Below are positions 57,371-64,000 of a stretch of DNA of 64,000 nt, one piece after another. The DNA comes from Lama glama (Eukaryota), in NCBI GenBank assembly GCA_028534125.1, contig CM052849.1:496001-560000 (forward strand). Reading direction: 5' to 3'. The first letter of the stretch is position 1. Each line of letters starts with the position of its first letter. The notes below the pieces were generated by a model, which was not told the DNA's origin, did no database searches, and saw nothing but the letters and a program-made list of their open reading frames with translations. The position numbers and the translations under genes are program-made.

Positions 57371-60300
57371 GGACTCATAGAGGCCACAGCTGACATGCTT
57401 CTAGACTCGCGGCCCAGAGACCTTCTGGTCCTGACCACCTGTGGGGCCTGAGGGACACCCAGCTACCCAGCCTGAGACCTGCAGCCTCACAGGCCACCCA
57501 GCTGGTGACCGGCTAGAGAGGAAATGGCAGCTGGGGCCAAGCCTCTGACCCCCAGCTGCCCAGCCCCACCCCGAGTACGTCTGGCCAAGAGGAAGCATCC
57601 AAGACCCCCACTTCCTGCACCTCAGAGCCAGCTGGGCTGGGGCCGCCCACTTCCCTCCAGACCCCCAGCCCTGCCCTCGACTCCTCCAGCCCAGTCCCAC
57701 AGCCCCCCAACCCCCCAGCTGCCTGTTTCCAGGGGCAGAGGGCAGAGGTGGGTGGCCAGGCGACTGGCCCTGATCTGGGGTCGGCAGGGGCAGGAAGCCC
57801 CTTTGAAGGGGTGTGAGGGGACTGGGACAAGGAGGGGCCGCCCTGGAGATGAGGCTGCTTATGGAGCAGGGTCGTGACCTCCGCCATAGGACCCTTCGGA
57901 TCCAGCCAAGGCCAGCACTGTGGGTGCTAGACTGGCCCACCTCTGCCATGGTCAGGGTGATGCACTGATGCAGCCGTGGGCATCCAGGGCCAGGCCAGGG
58001 ACCACTGAGGTCACAGTTCCCCTCAGAGATGGGCTGAGGGGGCAGCAGGTGATGCCAGAGCTGGGGCATATGAAGGAGGGGGTCTGTGGGCAGGGGTCTG
58101 GGGTCCCAGGCAGAGGCTCTTGGGCCCTCGGGGCTGGTGAGATTGGACTGTCCCTGCCCCTCCACGCTGCTGGGGGCAGGAAGTCTGGGTCTGGCCTGGG
58201 CTGGCAGAATCGGGGACAGGACCAAGGCCCACGCGCAGCAGGAAGTGGCTCTGGACTTCAGCGGGGATGGGGTGGCCTCCGAGGGGCCGTTTCCTCCCCA
58301 GGAACATCCTGCCCAGCAGCATAAGGGAAGAGGGCTCCAGCCCGGGTGGGCAGGAAGGTCCTGGGCTCGGCAACCCCTTGGGCAGGGCCCTGGGAGGTCC
58401 CAGGAGGGAATGACCTCATGGACGTTGGAGCCTCTGGAGCTGAGAGGCTGGCTGGGCCTCCCGGACCCGCGACCTGGAGCTCCTGCCCTCTTCCCCCTGG
58501 GGCTGGGCTCCCAGAGTTTCCAGTGCTGTCAGCCTTACTCTCCCCGGGCAAGAAGAGCCAACCCCAGTCCAGACTGTTTCCCAAGTGAACCGTGGCAGAG
58601 CCCAGCGCCCCAGCCTGCACGCGGCTGTGGACTGAGGCCAGGAGCTGAGACAGAGGCCCTCAGGCAGCAGCCTGCTCCTCACAGCTCAGCCCAAGCCACG
58701 AGGCTGGGCCTGGGCCCCAGGAGGGGGTCAGGGCCCAGTGCGCACCGCCACCCCCCACCCACGGCCTAAATATAACCTGAACAGGCGCCCGGCTGGGAAT
58801 AGAGACCTCTGTCAGCCCCCAGCAGGTGCTGGTGGGAGGAAAGGCCATGTGATTGGCAGGGATGCCGGCCAGGCAGGCAGCCAGACGTGGGTCATGTGTG
58901 TGTCCAGTGGTGAGGCCCTAGGGTGGGGCGGTGTGTCCTCACAGGACAGCCAGGGGCCCAGCCCATCCTACTCGGGATAGACCTCTGTCCTGCCCTCTCC
59001 TGCACCCCACACCTGAGGCTGCTACTGGGGCCCCAGGGAGGTTGGCCCACCCAGAACTGCTTATGGCGACCCGCACCATGCCCCCTAGCACCGGCCGGCC
59101 TGGCCACTCTGACCTGGGCCCTGCAGCCCACATGGTGACGGACCATCACTTTGGCCACATAGGGCTATGAATGGATGCTCAGAGCATGGTCTGGCTCTGT
59201 CCAATGTCCCTCTGTCCCTTTCCCCTACAGGGTCCTCTGTCCCTTCCACCCTCAAGCCTCATCCTGCCCTGTGTGTTTGCTCTTGTGCCATTTCCCCCCA
59301 AAAGCCCTCTTCTCCAGGCTGTTATGAGCTGATGGAGCTTGACTCTGGGATCCCCTGGTCCTCAACCCCATCCCAGCCTCAAGCTGCTGCCGACTGACAG
59401 TCAGGTGAAGTCATGCCCCACACCTCTGGGGTCAGGGGTCCAAGGAAGGCAGGTGGGCTCAGCTGGGGACCGAGTCCATGGCCAGAGCCCAACCCCAGGA
59501 TCCATGGTGCTCTCCCCAGCCCCTTGGCCCCCCTCTCCTGGGCCCCGGGCCCTGCCCTCGCCTGCGTACCCCCTTGCTGAGTGAGTCCTGGACACCCACC
59601 AGCTCACCCTTCTATGTGCTCTGCCCATCTGGCCCCTCTGTGGTCCCCCTAAAGCACAAGACTTATCTCCCACTTCTTTCTGTGAAGAGGAGCCCATCAA
59701 ACCAAGAATCTACGAATTTACTGGCACGTGCCTGGGAGAGACGGGTTCTTCCTGGTTTCCGGCTGGGGTCATCCCAGTTGCTGGAATCCAAATCAACAGT
59801 TTCTCCCTCCAGTTATCAAAGTCGTGTGCAAGGCCCTTGGAGCAGGAGTGGTAGGTGTTGGCAGGAGGCCTGTCCGGGCACCACAGGGCCTGGTGGTCCA
59901 GCCTGATGGTGGGGGAGGGCATGGAGGGGCAGGAGCAGGGTGACGGGGATGGAGGCTGATGGGATGGAGACACCCAGCTGCCCCTGGGCCTCACTGTGTC
60001 TGTGCACTGAATAAGTGGGGCTGGGACGAGTCCAGCACTGCCCTCATCACATGAGGTCCCTGTCCATCACCATCCCAGAGATCAGAACCCTGGACCACAA
60101 GGTCGAAGAGGGGGTCTTGGATCTAAGGATGCTGCATCTGAAAAGGACCTTGGGGGAACCAGTGGGACCCTCCAGCCTGCGCCTCCCCTCTGCAGCCCTG
60201 CTGTGGTCTCTGGGCCCTCCTCGCATGCCCCTAGAGACAAGAGGCTCACTCCCAGAGGAGCCCCCTGCAACCAGAACAGCTGCGTGCATATCTCGGAAAC

Positions 60301-61669
60301 CCAGCCCTGGAGAGACAAGGAGGCCCAGGCAAGGGATGGAGGCTGGCATGGCAGAAGCCACTGGGGAGGCAAGTGGGGCAGCCTCGGGGGCCCAGCCCCC
60401 GGGCCAGGCCTGCGCTGGACACTGGACGCTGGACGGGGTGGAGGCCACAGCCTGAGCTTGTCTGTTTGTTCTTCATCTGGTTTTTCTGGTTTGGAGCCTG
60501 GGAGCCCAGGCAGGGCTTGGGGCCTGGGAATGGAGGGTGGGGGAGGAGAGGACCCTGGCAGGGGTGTGGCTGAGGAAAGGGATCGGGCCTGGGTGCAAGG
60601 CCATTCTTGTGCCCCACCTCGCTGCCACCTTCCTATCCGTACCTGCTTTCACCTGCAGACAGGTAGATGAGCCCCACCCAAAGCCACTGGGGTCACCATG
60701 TAGGCTTCCAAGAGGAGGCTTAGTCCTGAGCCCATCTGTCTCTACCCACTGGCCTGGGTGCAGGCTGGACAGGGGCCCCAGGCATGGCCTCAACGGGGCC
60801 TCTGTGGTCACAGGGCCAGGAGTTCGAGCAAGTTCCTGAAAGTAGACAGGTTTGGTTCTTGGCTGCTTGGGGACAGTGGGTAGTGGGCAGTGGCTCCAGG
60901 TCCTGGAATGCGGAGTCTGGCAGGAGGCATTCCCTCCCGCATGGCATGTCTGCCTTTGGTTTAAAACTGGGCCACTCTGCTTCCTACGTGGGGGCCCGCG
61001 ACCTCTCTGTGCCTCTGGAGGGACCAACGGGGGTCTTCCTTCTTCCTCTTGCCACTTGTGCCTGCTCCAGCCCCAGCTGCCCGAATTGCCTGGCCACCCT
61101 GTCCTCTCTTCCAAATTCTGCCCACCTGCCCTTCTTCCAGATACAGGGGGGAACCAAGGCCCAAGGAATGAAGGCAGTGCTGAGACAGAGCAGTGGCAGG
61201 TGGTGTAGCTGGAGCGCTCCTGGGGTGATGGTGGCAGTGGCGGGTAATGTGGCCTTGACCAGTGGGAGGGGTGGCTTCTGGGCAGCTAGGTTCCCTGGGC
61301 GGGGGCTGCTCTGCCGGCCTCAGCCCCGATGAGCACTGTTCTGCAGCCCCACAGTCTGGTGGAGCCTTTAAGCAGGGGTCTGCCCATAGACAGCAGGGCC
61401 TGGTGAGGGTGGAAGCCCTGAGCCCCTGGTGGCACAAGGGGACAGTGGACAGATGGGCAGGTAAGAATCAGAACCACCATTGGGTCGGGGAGCCAAGGGT
61501 CGGGCTGAGCAGGACCCTGGGATTCACTCAGGTCTGTCCCTCACCCACACAGCCCCCCAGAGCTTCAACCCTCCTACAGGTCGAGGCAGGAGGGCCTCAG
61601 GGGTTGTGGGGGAGACATCCACACAATGGGGCTGGCTGTAGGCTCTCCAGGAGACTGGAAGTCCTGTCC

Positions 61670-61706
61670 CCTCTCTGGGCCTCTTATTTCCCCATCTGTA
61701 AAATGG
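61670..61706 (+). mobile_element. MIR core remnant
   Basis: cctctctgggcctcttatttccccatctgtaaaatgg. Confidence 0.55.
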
Positions 61707-64000
61707 TTTAAGGCCTCTGAGGACGGTCTTGGTTCTGTTGGGCTTGCTGGCTTGGGGCTGTGGGTGTGGCCCAGCCCCACCAGCAAGGACCAGAGCAAGG
61801 ACTCAGCATAGGTGCTTCAAGGGCTGGGGGCCTGGCTGACTGGGGTCATTAGGATGGCCCGCGCTGGAAGAGTCCCCAGAACATCTGCTCGCACCCTCCA
61901 CATTCCCAGCTGGGCCTGTGCTGGCTCAGCCCCCAAGACATTTCTTAGAAGTTAGCCCCTAATCTCCATCCACTCCAGAAAGGCCCACCTCCCTACTCTT
62001 TGCTGTCCACCCACCCACCTGGGCCCTCCACCCACAGTGCTCCAGCCTTCAAGGACATGGGAGACTTCTAGAGGCCCGGGTGGGGCCTGGAGCCTGGGCC
62101 TTGCCCTGGCCACTCTGCTGGGCCTGAGCCCCACTCTGTCATCCAGGCATTGGCGAGTTCCTTGTGACGCTGAGGTTAAGAAGCCCTGGCTTATTGCTTT
62201 TTCTTCAAGCCAGGCCAGCACACGGATCCCCCATCACTCCTGCAACCCATGCAGACATTTCCAATCCATCCCAGAGCTCCTGCTCCTCAGACCTAGAAGC
62301 TTTAGGTTTCTCAGCCCTGAGCTGCAGGGGGCTTCTGCCTGTGTGTCAGAAACAGCACACGAACTAGCTAGCCCACCCTGAGGGCAGTGGCCTTGACTCC
62401 CACATCAGGAGGTTTCAGGGCTCCTGACAGGCTTCACATGATGCTGGAAGCTGAAGAGAAGGACCAGCAGAGAGAGGGGCCAACACTAAGCCCCCACCTG
62501 GGGCTGATGCTGCCCCAGCTCTGGGCCCTCAGGGGTTTCAGCCTCATGGCCCCTTGAGTCACCAGAAATTGTGGCCCAGGAAGGGGCAGGATTGGTTCAA
62601 GGGCAGGCAGTGTGGGGGTCCTCTCCTCTGTGACTGGCCCTTCCCCCATGAGGCTTGGGAGGGCGCCCCAGCACAGCTTGGGCTCCAGAAACATTTGCTT
62701 TAAGTCTTAAAATATCAGGTTCCTGCATCACGGGGTGTCCCTGGGGGCCGCTGGGCAGACGGGAGGGATTTCAGGAGTAAGAGGAGTCCCCTCTAGCCCC
62801 ACCCCACTGGCCGCTCTGCCAGCCTCTTGGCCTCAGCTGAAGGTTGCCAAGTGTTTGGCGTTGGCCTGCTGGTCCCCCCTCTCCTCTGGGGGAAACTCCA
62901 CTTTGCCCACAGCAAACCCCACCTCTTTGGAGCCCTCTGGGGCTTTTGAGCCCCAGAGCTGAAACTTGCTCTAGTAAGATCTGTGGACACTTTCAGCCAA
63001 GGACAGCTCAGATAGGGAAATCAAGCCCCAGGAAGCCTTGTGGCCACCCTGGTGTCCAGCCCTGGGGCAGGTGCAGGGCCTCTAGGGAGGAGTCTTGAAA
63101 AGACAGTGACACCAGTTTGGTGCTGGGCCCTGCATTCGGGGTGGCGCCCAGAGACAGGGACACTTGCATAGGGTCCTAAAGGGTGTGTAGAAGTTTCAGG
63201 ATAGCCCTCGTCCTGGTGGTTAGGCTCCCTGGACAGAGGATAGACTGGCACGTTCAGGCTGGTACCGGGCTGGTGGAGTAGAACAGAGGGCCCTGAGGGC
63301 GGGCCCAAGGGCCTGGAACAGAGGCCCAGGCAGGTGGTTGGCCAGAACACCAGGTGAGGGTGGGGTGGGGGCCGGGTGATTCCAGCTTTGGGACCTGCTG
63401 CTGGAGGGGCAGGAGAGGCCTCTTGGACGGCTGGTGCTGCCACTCAGTATGAAGGTGGCTGCCTCCTACTCCTGCTGCCCCAGGGACCACCGCCTAGAAG
63501 AAGGCACAGGCCCCCCAGCCCGCCCACTCCCTCCCAGGCAGACCACCGGCCTCGGCCCAGGGGACCAGCCTCAGTGCGGAGCGGGAATTGGAGCCAGGCA
63601 GCAACAGCTGGCCCCACTCGAGCGTCCCCCAGGGGCCCCTGCCTTCGTTCCCAGGCCCCCATCCCAGCCTTTTCCCAGGCTGCACCCCACCCCACAAAAC
63701 ATACTCCTTGGGATGTGGTTGAGCAAGGCTACAACGGGACCACCAGCTGGGAAATCTTGCCAACCCTCCGATACCAGGACACAGACTGCGTCCTTGGTGG
63801 GGTGGGGGAGACAGGATGGCCCTGCCCCTCGAGGCCCCTCCTGGCCTGCCCCATCCTCTGCTCATGTCCCTGGGCTTAGCCTCTCTGGGGGTGCACACCT
63901 CTTCCAGGGGAGTGGAAGACACAGGGGACCCACTGGGCAGAGGGCCTGTGTGGAGGCCTTCAGAGCAGCTGTGCACAGATCTGTGCAGGTGCAGACAGAC

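Noticed and set aside
63972-63987. Perfect 16-bp palindrome TGCACAGATCTGTGCA
   Set aside because: About one such palindrome is expected by chance in 64 kb (64000/4^8).
50359-64000. Many 100-300 aa ORFs upstream of TBX1
   Set aside because: Overlapping in all frames, composition-driven, with no domain signatures or exon chain. No neighbouring gene such as GP1BB or SEPTIN5 was recognised within the window.

Overview
Mammalian genomic window, syntenic with human 22q11.21 (DiGeorge region) in reversed orientation. It is probably camelid, judging by two Vic-1-like tRNA SINEs. + strand: all six coding exons of GNB1L (WD40 protein, 11892-29432, 978 nt spliced, 325 aa, all GT-AG, frame consistent), with an L1-rich upstream intron and AATAAA at 29615. 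- strand, tail-to-tail: TBX1, with non-coding exon 1 at ~49308-49350 and coding exons from 46505 down to the stop at 40999 (isoform-C-type terminal exon). TBX1 lies in CpG islands and is broken by three N-gaps that hide part of exon 3, all of exon 4, part of exon 5 and part of the last exon. ~14 kb of TBX1 upstream sequence follows. Nearly all ORFs in the supplied track are GC-rich shadow ORFs. Main leads: (1) an in-frame 50-codon N-terminal extension of TBX1 (MDARSPLSPRASAFSIASLV...) carries an eh1 Groucho/TLE motif, and its codons double as the exon-2 splice acceptor; (2) a UGUAGAUA array next to a non-canonical GAUAAA at the TBX1 3' end; (3) a degenerate hammerhead-ribozyme-like fold at 432-506; (4) AT-rich PBX-HOX/Fox enhancer candidates. 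Comparisons with orthologues and repeat consensus sequences are from memory, not from searches, and repeat boundaries are approximate.
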